Shown: positions 1 to 7,751 of the stretch, in pieces | How positions within the stretch are numbered: the stretch's first letter is position 1 | How the letters are laid out: every line of letters starts with the position of its first letter | From: Saprospiraceae bacterium | Lineage (GTDB): Bacteria > Bacteroidota > Bacteroidia > Chitinophagales > Saprospiraceae | Assembly: GCA_020630955.1 (NCBI GenBank) | Contig: JAHDIE010000012.1 | Coordinates: 5,142 to 69,141 of the forward strand | DNA length: 64,000 nt | Direction of reading: 5' to 3' | Translations under genes and position numbers: made by a program | The notes under the pieces: model-generated | Told to the model about the DNA's origin: nothing | The model's input: only the letters and a program-made list of their open reading frames with translations | The model's database searches: none

Positions 1-1
1 A

Positions 2-310
2 CATATACAAGTCGAAGCTATGGACGAAGTTCATGAACAAATTGCCTCAAGTCAAAATTTCATCTATTCTTCGGGTCTAAATAACGCATTCAAATTAATT
101 ATGCAGAAGATGGATAATACATGTCAAAAGATTCTTAGTCTATGGGCACAGGGTTATAGTATGAAGGAAATCATGGATAAAAATCAACTTCCTAGTGTAT
201 CTTCTACAAGAAAAAGGAAACATGTCTGCATGAAAAAGTTATTATCTTTTGTAGAAAGTAGAAAAGATGTCTACAATCAATTATTAGAATATTACAACGA
301 CCGTCCTTAA
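2..310 (+). CDS. C-terminal part of a sigma-70/ECF- or LuxR-type HTH regulator (5' end probably outside window)
   Basis: ORF 20..310. The frame stays open back to base 2, so the gene may start upstream of the window. 'CQKILSLWAQGYSMKEIMDKNQLPSVSSTRKRKHVCMKKL' resembles a region-4/LuxR-type helix-turn-helix. Only 3 nt separate it from the next ORF. Confidence 0.5.
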   Translation, partial: HIQVEAMDEVHEQIASSQNFIYSSGLNNAFKLIMQKMDNTCQKILSLWAQGYSMKEIMDKNQLPSVSSTRKRKHVCMKKLLSFVESRKDVYNQLLEYYNDRP

Positions 311-313
311 ACG

Positions 314-922
314 ATGATTATGAAAGGGGAAAAATTTGAAAATATTGCAAAAGATCTGATTAGAGAAGAAGAAGATAGAAAGTTCTTAATTAATGACACT
401 ATTACGTCTGAAGTATCAAAAAAAACTAAGTACAAACCATTCTATTTGGCGGGGCTAACCCTTGTCCTTTGTCTAATTTGCTATTTGTTTTATCAAAAAA
501 AAATAACTGATAATACAAATCAAGAAACAACGATAGAAAATTTATCCCAGCAACTTGCTGCACATTACGAGTTCCCTATACTTCCAAGATCCAGAAACAA
601 TTCAATACATTCAAAATATCAAGATCAAATTATTTCAGGCAGATACGATCAACTTGAAAAAGAGTTATTACAGAATAAAGAAAACCTAATAACATCTGAT
701 CAATTGATACTATGTCATATTTGGCTTAAAAGAGGAAAATTCAATGAAATTTTAAATTACCTAGATTCCAATGTTGAACTCACCGGTCAATTTAAAGATG
801 AATTTTTGTGGGTCAAATTTTGTGCCTTACATGAAGTAGGTTCTTCCAAAAAAGCATTAGACCAGGCCTTGCAGGAATTGTCCAATGAATATCGTCTCAA
901 AGCCGACAAAGTTTTGAAATAA
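314..922 (+). CDS. single-pass membrane protein, possible anti-sigma-like partner
   Basis: 202-aa ORF tightly coupled to the HTH gene. Charged N-terminus, one hydrophobic helix (FYLAGLTLVLCLICYLFY) and a helical C-terminal part. No catalytic motif seen. Confidence 0.6.
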   Translation: MIMKGEKFENIAKDLIREEEDRKFLINDTITSEVSKKTKYKPFYLAGLTLVLCLICYLFYQKKITDNTNQETTIENLSQQLAAHYEFPILPRSRNNSIHSKYQDQIISGRYDQLEKELLQNKENLITSDQLILCHIWLKRGKFNEILNYLDSNVELTGQFKDEFLWVKFCALHEVGSSKKALDQALQELSNEYRLKADKVLK

Positions 923-1173
923 ACATATAATAAACCCTTCTTTACGGTAACAACATATAATCGATTTGTTATTACTTGATAATAAATCGAGCAACATGTA
1001 TAATCTCACAATCACTTATTGGTCTGAAGCAAGGATTTGCCCTATAGGCAAATCTAAAAATTCAATTATAGTTTATCCCAAAAGGGTCTAAACTAAATTA
1101 CTATACAGCCAAATAAGACCTTAGAACATATTCCAATGAAAAATCATGGAACAACAACACTAGTACATGACTT

Positions 1174-1211
1174 GAGAGCAGGAGTCCAACGGGATTCTTT
1201 GCTCTCTTTTT
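1174..1211 (+). terminator. intrinsic-terminator-like hairpin in a non-coding gap
   Basis: GAGAGCA (1174-1180) pairs with TGCTCTC (1200-1206). An inner helix GAGTCC/GGATTC closes an AACG tetraloop, followed by TTTTT. The nearest upstream + strand CDS ends about 250 nt earlier. Confidence 0.45.
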
Positions 1212-1336
1212 CATTGCAACTTCCTGTCTTTAACACTTTCTAACTATTTGTTTTACGCTTTAACCATTAGTTAATAGTTTGAATCAAAAAATAATCATTC
1301 CTTTGATGTATTATAAGATTTCAAAATATTTGAAAG

Positions 1337-1975
1337 ATGAAAAAATATTTATTTGCATTAATTGTATTAATATCTACCTCCTCAATATCCACTGGGCAAA
1401 GCTCAAGAAAATCTAATAGTTCAAGCAATAACCCACGATCTGAAAGAAAGATGGCCATAACTTCTGAAGGGGGTTTTAAAACAATGTCTGGAACAGGAAT
1501 AAATTTCACCTATTATGCTTTGCCCCAATTAGCATTGGATGCAGGAGCTGGAATAAGTTTTCAAGGATTAAGAACAGGTGCAAGAGTAAGGTATTTATTT
1601 CTAAGCGAAAATCTTTCTCCAATTATTGGAGTTGGTATAAATCTTTCAAATGGAACTTTAGATCAAACCTTTGAACAAACAATAGAACCTTTTGAAATCG
1701 ATGGTGAAATGTTTGAGGGTTTTGATGCTGACGTAAATATCAAATTGAGAAGAACCGTTGCAGCCCAATTATTAACTGGAGTGGAATACATGTCTGATTC
1801 TGGCTTTATCGCAGCTCTGCATCTCGGTTATAGACATAGACTTAATAAAAGTTGGGATACAGAATTTTCTATAGATGGACAAACTTTTGATATTGCAGAC
1901 GATATTATTAATAGTCTAGATAGAGTTTTTGGTTCTGGTCTTTCCATTGCCATAAATTTAGGCTATGCATTTTAA
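1337..1975 (+). CDS. small outer-membrane beta-barrel protein (porin-family-like)
   Basis: Signal peptide (MKKYLFALIVLISTSSISTGQ), alternating hydrophobic strands and a C-terminal '...NLGYAF' aromatic terminus typical of OMPs. Paralogue of 2097..2696. Confidence 0.75.
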   Translation: MKKYLFALIVLISTSSISTGQSSRKSNSSSNNPRSERKMAITSEGGFKTMSGTGINFTYYALPQLALDAGAGISFQGLRTGARVRYLFLSENLSPIIGVGINLSNGTLDQTFEQTIEPFEIDGEMFEGFDADVNIKLRRTVAAQLLTGVEYMSDSGFIAALHLGYRHRLNKSWDTEFSIDGQTFDIADDIINSLDRVFGSGLSIAINLGYAF

Positions 1976-2001
1976 GAATCGAATAGAATTTTATATTAAA
2001 A

Positions 2002-2030
2002 AGGTCGATTATATAATCGACCTTTTTATT
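2002..2030 (+). terminator. rho-independent terminator
   Basis: AGGTCGATT-ATAT-AATCGACCT (9-bp perfect stem) followed by TTTTT, 27 nt after the stop codon. Confidence 0.6.
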
Positions 2031-2096
2031 TTTACATTTTAGATTTATTCTCAACCAATTGGTCTCATTTTAGGCCGAAATTTAAAAAGACTATTT

Positions 2097-2696
2097 ATGA
2101 AAAAATCATTTTTTACCTTCCTTGCCATATTTACTTTCGCATTTTCATTAAGCGCTCAAAGATCTGGTTCATCTGAGAGATCACAAAAATCTAATGCTTC
2201 CGAAAATCCAAGAGAACAAAGGGTTATCGCAATCACTTCAGAAAGTGGTTTTAAAAGTATTACTGGCCTAGGTGTCATGGGCACCTATTACGTAACCCCT
2301 AAAATTGCACTAGATGCTGGTTTAGGAATTGGATTGCAAGCATTCAAAGGTGGAGTCAGAGCGAGGTACCTCTTTTTAGATAAAAAATTTACTCCATACG
2401 TGGGAGTTGGATTTATTGCTAACCCTACTGAATTAAACAACGTTGAAATCAATGATTCAAATGGTGGTTTGATTTTTATTAATTTAGAAAAGTCTAATTA
2501 TGGACAACTTTCATTTGGTGTTGAATTTGTAGGTAAAAACGGTTTTGTGATAGGCGGAAACCTCGGCTATGCCATAAACTTCAATGAAAATAATTGGTCT
2601 TCTAACAGTGTAATTAGTTCGGAAACAGAGACAGTCATTGATATTCTTTATGGAAGTAGTATATCAACAGGCTTTCATATTGGCTATGCCTTTTAA
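2097..2696 (+). CDS. small outer-membrane beta-barrel protein, paralogue of 1337..1975
   Basis: Signal peptide. Shares 'AITSE[GS]GFK..G.G...YY..P..ALDAG.GI' and 'R.RYLFL' blocks with the upstream gene and ends '...HIGYAF'. Confidence 0.75.
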   Translation: MKKSFFTFLAIFTFAFSLSAQRSGSSERSQKSNASENPREQRVIAITSESGFKSITGLGVMGTYYVTPKIALDAGLGIGLQAFKGGVRARYLFLDKKFTPYVGVGFIANPTELNNVEINDSNGGLIFINLEKSNYGQLSFGVEFVGKNGFVIGGNLGYAINFNENNWSSNSVISSETETVIDILYGSSISTGFHIGYAF

Positions 2697-2700
2697 AATA

Positions 2701-2737
2701 AAAAAAGCCTAGTGAAAATTCACTAGGCTTTTTTTAT
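2701..2737. terminator. bidirectional terminator between convergent genes
   Basis: A-run, then AGCCTAGTG ... CACTAGGCT perfect stem, then T-run. Lies between the stop at 2696 (+) and the stop at 2753 (-). Confidence 0.7.
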
Positions 2738-2752
2738 ATATTTTAATGAAGA

Positions 2753-4171
2753 TTAATTCTTCACAACTTGCTTGCTTACTTTTGAATTTTCATCCTGAAC
2801 AAATACAAAATAAACACCTTGACTCCAGTCACTTGAATCGAAACCAATTGTAGATTTATTCTGTATAATTTCATGTGCGATTAACTGTCCATAAACATTT
2901 AAAACACATACATCCAATTGATTCCCATTGTCTGAATTAATATCTATCTGTAGATATTCTGATATGGGATTTGGAGAAATTGATATTGCACTTGCATCTA
3001 AATTTGAACTAACAGAACTAACCGTTGCAACATTAAAATCAGACTCATCTTCGGAGAAAGCACCATTATTTAAATATATTAATTTACCATCACCATCAGT
3101 TACTCTAACCTCTCCATTGATACCATCTCCACTTTGATCATATACCTTAAAAAAGTAACATCCACTTTCAGTTAGAAAATGAACCCTTTCAATAGATGTA
3201 TTATTTTCATCAAGACCAACAGAATGGATCACATTTCCGGAAGGGTCAACAATCTCATATCTGTTCAAATCTGCCTCACTACTATTATCTGTCTGTACAG
3301 AAACATAAATGGCATTATTGGTGGCAAAGTTTATTTCAGATGTAGAGGTATAACTTAGGTTTGGATCGCCATTAATATTTTCAACTTTCAATTCAAAAAG
3401 AACATCATCTGATGTTAAGGAAGGTGAAATTTGAATTTCTGTAATTGGTTCAAATGGTTCAATCGATTCTGTTATCTCTTCTGAATAAATTAGCTCTCCA
3501 TTTTCGTAAATATTCACTTCACAACTTGTAATTACTTCCTCTCCCATATTTGAAACCAAAAAATAAGGAGCTGATGGCCAAAGAGGATTACAAGTAGCTC
3601 CATTCTTCCCTCTAAATAGAATAACTTCAGGGTTAATCCCTTCTTTCAACATAGGAATTTCCTTCCTCGCCTCTAAGATGCCATCATAACTTTGTTGACC
3701 AAGTTCACGTACCATCCTGTTAGGGTAGATAATGTAGATTGTTGGGAAATAGGCAATATCATATAAACCATTGATCAGATTATCATCAACGATAGGATAA
3801 GGAACTCCTTCCGTCCAATCTCCAAAAGTGGTATTATTACAGCCGTTTGGTCCATAAAGACAAGCTTCATTGGTCTGCCCGTCAGCCTCAATTGCCATGA
3901 CAAACATATCATTTTCACCATCAGGACCAAATTCATTGTAAATATCTGCAAGCGTATGCGTTTGATGATATGACCAACAAGGTCCACACCAAGTTGCAAA
4001 AACATCGAGAATTACTGTTTTACCTTCAGAGAGAATAGAATATAAGTTATATTCCTCACCATTTAGGTCCGTAACTGTAAAATCAGGCGCCAAACTATTA
4101 TCAGCTAGCTGAGCATTTGTTTGTTGTAAACTAAACAAAAAACATAAAAAGAGTGTAAATTTTATTTTCAT
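2753..4171 (-). CDS. secreted thioredoxin-fold (TlpA/redoxin-like) protein with T9SS type A C-terminal sorting domain
   Basis: Signal peptide, 'VILDVFATWCGPCWSYH' (WCGPC active site), a ~250-aa middle region without recognised motif, and a C-terminal ~80 aa ('ISISPNPISEYLQIDI...GVYFVFVQ...') typical of Por_Secre_tail domains. Confidence 0.85.
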   Translation of the reverse strand: MKIKFTLFLCFLFSLQQTNAQLADNSLAPDFTVTDLNGEEYNLYSILSEGKTVILDVFATWCGPCWSYHQTHTLADIYNEFGPDGENDMFVMAIEADGQTNEACLYGPNGCNNTTFGDWTEGVPYPIVDDNLINGLYDIAYFPTIYIIYPNRMVRELGQQSYDGILEARKEIPMLKEGINPEVILFRGKNGATCNPLWPSAPYFLVSNMGEEVITSCEVNIYENGELIYSEEITESIEPFEPITEIQISPSLTSDDVLFELKVENINGDPNLSYTSTSEINFATNNAIYVSVQTDNSSEADLNRYEIVDPSGNVIHSVGLDENNTSIERVHFLTESGCYFFKVYDQSGDGINGEVRVTDGDGKLIYLNNGAFSEDESDFNVATVSSVSSNLDASAISISPNPISEYLQIDINSDNGNQLDVCVLNVYGQLIAHEIIQNKSTIGFDSSDWSQGVYFVFVQDENSKVSKQVVKN

Positions 4172-4373
4172 AGTGTTTTGGATTGTTTTTAAAAATAAAT
4201 AAATGGATGATATAACTAACCAAATTCACCTATTTTTAGTTTGAATTCCTTCTTTTTCTTGATTTTTGTTGTTACACCGACGACTTAACATTTTATTAAT
4301 TGACTTTCATGCCACGTTTAAACTCTTTTAAGCGTCATAATATTGAAAGTAGATTCAATCAAAAGAAAAAATT

Positions 4374-4541
4374 ATGAACAACAAAAAAATCTTAACGGGT
4401 ATCTTAATGATCTGCCTATCCACCTTTATCATGTCTTGCGCAAGCTCCAAAAAAGTGGGCTGTTACTACGGGAGTGATGAAACAAAGGAACATCCTACAG
4501 AGGAAATAATACCAAATTCCATTTACACGGTAGCAGAATAA
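4374..4541 (+). CDS. possible 55-aa lipoprotein (below the ORF-track length cut-off)
   Basis: My translation: MNNKKILTGILMICLSTFIMSCASSKKVGCYYGSDETKEHPTEEIIPNSIYTVAE*. It has an n-region, h-region and lipobox-like 'IMSC'. It sits in an otherwise empty 478-bp gap. Confidence 0.4.
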   Translation: MNNKKILTGILMICLSTFIMSCASSKKVGCYYGSDETKEHPTEEIIPNSIYTVAE

Positions 4542-4648
4542 CTAAATTCCATTTTTTATTTAATTAATAATTAACAAGTTAAATTGATCTTTTAATACTG
4601 CCTTTCCTAATTTTGGATCTGATTTTATAATAATTCAAAATTGAAAAA

Positions 4649-5899
4649 ATGAAAAAAAAAGGACATTTAACATTGTTTCTTCTTTGTATTGCTATAATAT
4701 CGATTACCGATATCTTAAGTGCACAATGTGCAACAGCAAATTCACTACAACATAGAGGAGGAGCAATCACTTGCCAATTTCCATTCTTACATCAGGATGA
4801 CATTAATCATTATGTTAATCGTTTGGAAACAACAGATCTTTCAAGTTGGCTTCAGGAAAAAAACGAAACAGCGTCTAGATCTAATTACCAATGGAAAACA
4901 AAAAACTTAAGAGTTCTATTACTGACAAACCATGCTGATATCATAAGTGTAGCTCAAATAGAAAAACTAAAATTAGCTATGAATCTACACTTAGTAGATA
5001 TTGCAAAAGCCAATAATTCTAATCAGCTTAATTGGGCAAATATGCCTATTGTTGAAGAAATAATTATCAAGGAATACCCAAAAGAATTAGCCTCCATATT
5101 TGATTTTGTAGGATATCTGGTTTTTTCAGATCCAGACATAAGAAATGGAGATACCGAATTAAACAAACTTGTTAGGCAATGGTCAAAAGATTATGATATC
5201 AACACCATTATCAATCTAATGGATGCTCCCCTTGATATACCTTTTTCTGGATCCGCTCAAATCTATTGTAGTGAGCCAGGAGAATTTATGACGGTCAGTA
5301 TCAAAAAAAACAACACCATCTCTCTTGCGGATAAATACCTGGTGCAATTTGCACAAGCTTGTGTTCATACAATCTCACATACTAATTATGCCAATCACCA
5401 AAAAACACAAAAAGAAGATGAAAAGAGCTTGATGTGTATCGAAAACAATAATGCTGACGGACAGGTATTTGAAACCATGATGTTTAATGGTACCAAAGAT
5501 CAAAAATTGAGACCTAAAAAAACCAAACCTTTTGGTAAAGTTTGGAGCGAATCAAATGCAAACCAAATTATTGACACCTACATACAAAGGGGACTACTTC
5601 TTCCTCTTTTTGATTACGAAAATCAAACCGATACTGATCAACAAGAATTAATAATAGAAGAAGAAATCAATCTGTTTCCTAATCCTGTAGATGAGATCTT
5701 AACCATTGAAGTTGAAAATGATATCCAATATGATTTAAGTGTTTATAATACCAATGGAAAATTAATCCAGAAACAGACCATAGAATCATTTGTTACACAA
5801 CTTGATGTATCCAATTATGATTCAGGTATTTACATTTTTGAATTTTATTGCGCTAACTCGGGAAAAAGGGTTACTAAAAAAATTGAAAAAATAAAATAG
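4649..5899 (+). CDS. T9SS type A cargo protein of unknown function (degenerate metzincin-like His motif)
   Basis: Signal peptide. C-terminal 'LFPNPVDEILTIEVEN...GIYIFEFY...' sorting domain. 'HTISHTNYANH' places His at metzincin positions 1, 5 and 11 but lacks the catalytic Glu. Confidence 0.8.
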   Translation: MKKKGHLTLFLLCIAIISITDILSAQCATANSLQHRGGAITCQFPFLHQDDINHYVNRLETTDLSSWLQEKNETASRSNYQWKTKNLRVLLLTNHADIISVAQIEKLKLAMNLHLVDIAKANNSNQLNWANMPIVEEIIIKEYPKELASIFDFVGYLVFSDPDIRNGDTELNKLVRQWSKDYDINTIINLMDAPLDIPFSGSAQIYCSEPGEFMTVSIKKNNTISLADKYLVQFAQACVHTISHTNYANHQKTQKEDEKSLMCIENNNADGQVFETMMFNGTKDQKLRPKKTKPFGKVWSESNANQIIDTYIQRGLLLPLFDYENQTDTDQQELIIEEEINLFPNPVDEILTIEVENDIQYDLSVYNTNGKLIQKQTIESFVTQLDVSNYDSGIYIFEFYCANSGKRVTKKIEKIK

Positions 5900-5906
5900 T
5901 ATAATA

Positions 5907-5940
5907 AAAGAGTCAAGTCGAAATTCTCACTTGGCTCTTT
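5907..5940. terminator. bidirectional terminator between convergent genes
   Basis: AAAGAGTCAAGT / ACTTGGCTCTTT 12-bp stem (one G-T pair) with a 10-nt loop, flanked by A-rich and T-rich sequence. Confidence 0.6.
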
Positions 5941-5948
5941 TACATTTT

Positions 5949-6386
5949 CTAGATTTGTGCTTCAAACCATTTTGCTAACAATTCGCGATCAGTATCAGAA
6001 ATTCTAGCTTCTGAATGGGCCAATAAATAACTCCGGATAGGCATCCATTTCTTCCTTACCTTTAATGCAGATTCTTCCAACTTATGTCTTCTCGTCTTTT
6101 CACTATAAGAATTCCATTCAGAATAATTTAAAGAAGAACGACCATCATTGACGTGTTTTTTAGTCCACCAAGAAATGGGTGCAATATCCATATACCAAGG
6201 ATATTTAGTTTCATTTGAATGACAATCATAACATGCAGATTTCATCAAACCTTTAATTTTATCAGAAGAATTGCTGATGTTTAAAATATCATTTTCAGCT
6301 ATAACTGGAGGATTTGTCTTATCTATTTTGATAAACTGTGATAAACCAAAAAATAAAATCACAGCTAAATAAATCCTTTTTTTCAT
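5949..6386 (-). CDS. haem-binding-domain protein (CxxCH)
   Basis: N-terminal membrane anchor or signal sequence. 'SACYDCHSNETKYPWYMDIAPISWW...HVNDGR' matches my memory of the small Bacteroidetes haem-binding domain family. Confidence 0.75.
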   Translation of the reverse strand: MKKRIYLAVILFFGLSQFIKIDKTNPPVIAENDILNISNSSDKIKGLMKSACYDCHSNETKYPWYMDIAPISWWTKKHVNDGRSSLNYSEWNSYSEKTRRHKLEESALKVRKKWMPIRSYLLAHSEARISDTDRELLAKWFEAQI

Positions 6387-6540
6387 ATTCTCTCCTTTTA
6401 AATAGTAACACCTAATATTGTTTAAATGTACAAGGATATTTCATACATGTAAAACAATCAATTTACATTTCCAGTTAAATAAGAAAAAGAGTAAATTACA
6501 TTTTGGTATCCATCTAGAACCAAAAATTAACTTAAGTCTT

Positions 6541-6960
6541 ATGCATCCATTTGAATCTGATCACGAGTTGAGTAAAAACCTAATCGCATTGCTATTTAAA
6601 CTTAGTAAAGAAGACAATGGATTAGCAAGCATTGAACGAAAGTATATTTATTACGTAGCTCAAGAACTTAAGTTAAATTCTTCCATCGTTGAAGAACTAG
6701 AAAACAGCTATGCTTCATATAAGCTAGAAATACCAACCAATGAATTCCAAAGAATGACTATTCTCTACTATCTTCTTTTTCTAATTAAAGTAGATGCTGA
6801 AGTTTCAGAAAAAGAAATTAAGATGGTAAAAGAATTTGGTTTTAAATTAGGTTTTAGATCAAGGTTAGTTGATGAACTGACAACCTTAATGAAAGAATAT
6901 GAAGGGGAAAAAGTACCTCCATCTGTTATGTTGGAAAAAATTAAAAAATACCAAAATTGA
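6541..6960 (+). CDS. TerB-like (tellurite-resistance TerB family) small protein
   Basis: ORF 6418..6960. I prefer the Met at 6541 (MHPFESDH...). Two helical repeats with 'DG..S..E...I......L' / 'KVDAEVSEKEIKMVKEF' TerB-like pattern. Stop overlaps the next gene's start (ATGA). Confidence 0.55.
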   Translation: MHPFESDHELSKNLIALLFKLSKEDNGLASIERKYIYYVAQELKLNSSIVEELENSYASYKLEIPTNEFQRMTILYYLLFLIKVDAEVSEKEIKMVKEFGFKLGFRSRLVDELTTLMKEYEGEKVPPSVMLEKIKKYQN

Positions 6961-7748
6961 TGCAGCTTGCTGAAAAATTACACTTAACCCTTATACAAGC
7001 CGACTTATTTTGGGAAGACAAAGAAGCTAATATTTCTATGTTTGAAAAAAAAATAGTTGCCAGTCCTGACTCGGACATTTTTGTACTTCCTGAAATGTTT
7101 AATACTGGTTTTACCAATAATTCAGAATCCTTAGCAGAAGAAATGGATGGAGTAACCACCACTTGGATGTTAAAAATGGCAAGAGAACAGAACGCTGTTA
7201 TTTGCGGAAGCATAATCATTCTCGAAAGCGAATTATTCTACAACCGATTTATTTGGGCAGACCCTAATGGATCTTTGAATTATTATGATAAGCGTCATCT
7301 TTTTGCAATGGCAGGGGAAGCAGATTACTTTTCACCCGGAAAGAACAAAACAATCTTAACATACAAAGGCTGGAAAATAAATCTTCAAATATGCTATGAT
7401 CTTAGATTTCCAGTTTGGTCAAGAAGAACTTCACAGGAAGATTATGATGTTTTGATCTATGTTGCAAGCTGGCCAATTACCAGAGTACATGCATGGACAA
7501 CGCTATTGAAAGCCAGGGCAATCGAAAATCAATGTTACACGGTTGGAGTCAATAGAATTGGAAAAGATGGTCAAGGTTTTGAATATTCCGGAGCAACTGC
7601 CTTATATGATCCACTAGGAGAAGATTTAGCAATCACCGAACCCGGTAAAGAAGAAACTCTACACTGTGTAATCAACTACAAAGATTTAATGACAATCAGA
7701 AAAAAGTTACCTTTCAGCAAAGACCAAGACCCTTTTTTACTTTCGTAA
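6957..7748 (+). CDS. carbon-nitrogen hydrolase family amidase (YafV/omega-amidase-like)
   Basis: Glu-Lys-Cys triad context: 'FVLPEMFNTGF', 'YDKRHLF', 'LQICYDLRFP'. Length 263 aa. Confidence 0.85.
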   Translation: MMQLAEKLHLTLIQADLFWEDKEANISMFEKKIVASPDSDIFVLPEMFNTGFTNNSESLAEEMDGVTTTWMLKMAREQNAVICGSIIILESELFYNRFIWADPNGSLNYYDKRHLFAMAGEADYFSPGKNKTILTYKGWKINLQICYDLRFPVWSRRTSQEDYDVLIYVASWPITRVHAWTTLLKARAIENQCYTVGVNRIGKDGQGFEYSGATALYDPLGEDLAITEPGKEETLHCVINYKDLMTIRKKLPFSKDQDPFLLS

Positions 7749-7751
7749 AAT

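Noticed and set aside
1136-1243. 35-aa ORF (MKNHGTTTLVHDLRAGVQRDSLLSFSLQLPVFNTF) in the 922-1337 gap.
   Set aside because: It runs straight through the terminator-like hairpin and has no peptide features. The RNA-structure explanation is more economical.
4652-4660. A9 homopolymer immediately after the ATG of the 4649 gene as a possible slipped-strand phase-variation switch.
   Set aside because: It encodes the Lys-Lys-Lys n-region of a signal peptide, which is common in AT-rich genomes. Nine bases is short for efficient slippage, and there is no evidence of variation from a single sequence.
6418-6540. N-terminal extensions in the ORF track: 6418-6540 (TerB-like), 16778-16825 (crtY), 38359-38445 (GCS2-CBS), 45414-45509 (amidohydrolase) and 49382-49405 (lipoprotein).
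   Set aside because: Internal Met codons give proper signal peptides or place the conserved N-terminal motifs at the expected position. The extensions have non-protein-like composition or overlap a terminator-like hairpin. Start choice remains unverified.
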